A DNA stretch of 64,000 bases from Camelus ferus. Taxonomy: Eukaryota. Below are positions 61,440-64,000 of this stretch, piece by piece; the first letter of the stretch is position 1, and every line of letters starts with the position of its first letter. Where the stretch lies: positions 72,046,001 through 72,110,000 of the forward strand of contig NC_045697.1 of the NCBI RefSeq assembly GCF_009834535.1, given 5' to 3'. The notes under the pieces were generated by a model. That model saw nothing but the letters and a program-made list of their open reading frames with translations, had not been told where the DNA came from and made no database searches. The position numbers and the translations under genes were made by a program.

Positions 61440-64000
61440 ACAAACAGATAAATCAAGAATAAAATAGGGGTATCATTAGAGACCTTGAAGACATCAAAAG
61501 GAAATAAGGGAACAGCTCTATACACATAAATTTGATTGTGTGGATGAAAAAGATCAATTCCTTGAAAAATGCAAATTACCATACTCACCTACTATAAAAT
61601 AGTTTGAATAGCTGTATCATTACTAATAAAATTGAATTAATCAATTTAAAACTTCCAAAAAAGAAATCTCCACACTCAGATGATTTCTCTGGAGAATTCT
61701 ACCAAAAGTCAAAAGAAGAATTAACATCAAATTCTACACTTTTTTTTTTCAGAAAATAGAAGAGGAAAGAACACTTCTTAATCCATTTTATGAAGCTAGT
61801 ATTACCCTGATACCAGAACCAGACAAAGTATAAAAACAGAAAACTATAGATGACTAGCTTTCATAAATATGGACATGAAAATTTTACCAGAAAGACTTAG
61901 CAATAGGTGAGGAGGGATAAACTGGGAGTTCAGGATTTGCTAACTACTAATGTATATGAAATAGATAACAAGGTCTTACTATACAGCACAGGGAATGATA
62001 TTTAATACTTTGTAATAACCTATATTGAAAAAGAATATCTGTGACTAAATCACTATGCTGTACACGAGAAACTATCACAACGTTGTAGTTATACTTTAAA
62101 AATAAAAATAACAACAACAAAAAAGACTCAGCAATATATAAAAAGAGTTATATGCCATTAGCAAGTGGGATTTACTCCTGGGATCCAAGTCCACTTTAAT
62201 ATTTACAAATCAATCAATGTAATCCACCATATAAAAGACTAAAGAAGAAAAGAAATCATATGAGTATCAATTGATGCAGCAAAAACATTTGGCAAAATTC
62301 AATACCCATTTATGATTTAAAAAAAAAAAACTCAGAAAAACAGGAATGGAGGAGAACTTCCTCAGCTTACTAAAAAGCATCAGTAAAAATCTTAGCTACC
62401 ATCGCACCTGATGACAGATTGAATGCTTTCCTCCTAAGATCGGGAGCAAGGCAAAGATCCCACTCTCAGCACTTTTATTTAACATACTGTGACAAGTTCT
62501 AACTGGCGCAGTAAATTTAGAAAACAAATAAAAGGCATACAGGCCAAAGAGGATGAAATAAAACTGTCCCCATATGCAGGTGACAAGTTTGTTTACATAG
62601 AGAATTCCAATGAATCTACAAAGAACTCCTAGAACTAATAAATGAGTTTAGCAAAGTTACAGGATACAAGATATACTTTTTAAAAAAATCAGTTATTTCT
62701 ATATACTAACAAGGAACACATGGACACTGAAATTAAAAACATAATACTTTCTACAATTACTCAAAAAAGTGAAATACTTAGGTGTAAATCTAGAAAATTT
62801 TTACATGTATGCCTTAACTACAAAATGCTGATGAAACAAAGTAAAGCTAATAAATGGAGAGACACATCATGTTCATGGATTGGAAAACATAGTAAATATG
62901 TCAATTCTCCTGAAATTAATATACAAGTTTAATGCAATTCCTATCAAAGTGTCAGCAAAACTGTAGTAGATATAGATCTAATTATTCCAAAATTTAACAG
63001 AAAGACAAAAGAACTAAAATAACAAAAATTAAAGGACAAAAATATTCTAAAAACATATATGGAAAGGCAAAGGAATTAGAATGGTTAAAGCAATTTTGAA
63101 AGAGAAGAATTAAGTGGGAGGAACCATCTACCCAATTTCAAGACGTTTTATAGCTAATGTAATTAAGATTGTGAGCTATTGGCAGCAGGATAAATGCATT
63201 GATCAATGAAAAAGATTAGATAACCCAGGGATAAAATCACAGAAATACGTCCAGCTGATTTTTGACAAAGGTGCGTAAGCAATTCAGTGGAGGAAAGATA
63301 GCTTCTTCAACAAATGGTGCTGGAGCGATTAGACTTCTATAAGCAAAAACTGAGCCTGTCTTAAGTTAAAACTTAACTCAAAATGCATCATGGACTTAAA
63401 TATAAAATGTAAACTCTAAAGCTTTTTTAAAACTAGTAGAAAATCCTTGGGATCTAGAACTAGACCAAGTGGTCTAAGACTTGCAAAAGAACAACCTATG
63501 AAAGGAAAAAGCAATACATTGGACTTGATCAAAATTTAAAACTTTTGCTCTGTAAAAGATTCAGTTAAGAGGATGAAAAAGAAATCAAACTATTGCCTGG
63601 AAAAATATATTTGCAAACCACACAGGCAACAAAGGACAAGTGTCTAGAATATATAAAGAACTCTCAAAATTCTGGCTTTTAGCCAGAATATAAACAAATT
63701 CAAAATTCAATAATAAAAAACAACACAATGAAAATAGAGAAAATACTTGAACATGCATTACATCAAATGAAAAACAAGCATGTGAGAAGATGTACATCAT
63801 TATTAGACTTTAGAGTGATGCAAAGTGAATTACACTGAGATAGCATCATACATACCAATTAGAATGACTAAAATTAAAAAAAAGAGTGTCCATAACAAGT
63901 ATTGCAAGAATATTATTGAACTAAAATTCTCATAAGCTGCTGATGGGAACATAAGTAATGTAGCCTGTTTGGGAGAACAGTTGCAGTTTCTTTTTTCACC
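61440..64000 (+). mobile_element. Old L1 ORF2 (RT region to C-terminus), degraded, runs off the window
   Basis: attaccctgataccagaaccagacaaag; atcaattgatgcagcaaaaacatttggcaaaattcaa (SIDA.K.F.KIQ); ttcaacaaatggtgctgg; many frameshifts. Confidence 0.92.
61906..62121 (+). mobile_element. Young L1 3' tail nested in the old L1
   Basis: gagggataaactgggagtt...aaggtcttactatacagcacagggaa. TSD aaagacttagcaata (61891-905) / aaagactcagcaata (62122-36). Confidence 0.9.

Overview
This is AT-rich, CpG-depleted mammalian (eutherian) genomic DNA, most likely a cetartiodactyl and probably a camelid. That assignment is inferred from young L1 3' ends of the artiodactyl/camelid type and the absence of Alu, Bov-tA/BovB, PRE1 or CHR SINEs. 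No confidently recognisable host protein-coding exon is present, and the ORF track is mostly noise plus decayed L1 ORF2 pieces. The window is dominated by interspersed repeats: old and young L1s (several with target-site duplications, TSDs), L2, MIR, L3/CR1, HAL1-like sequence, MaLR/ERVL/ERV1 LTRs, and hAT-Charlie and Tigger elements. It also holds a 3'-truncated ERV1-class provirus (about 27.1-31.8 kb) with a tRNA-Arg PBS and gag and env remnants. Most notable items: (1) a TSD-flanked U6 snRNA/L1 chimeric retrocopy with a possible short 3' transduction; (2) a Charlie DNA-transposon 3' fragment with L1-style 12-bp direct repeats, possibly a retrocopy; (3) a young 128-bp duplication and a repeat-rich scar inside the ERV; (4) a candidate minus-strand transcription unit starting near 37.4 kb with an 8-nt microexon and several well-formed downstream exon candidates; (5) CTCF-like and enhancer-like motifs. 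Repeat family names come from recalled consensus sequences, not a database search, and boundaries of old repeats are approximate.
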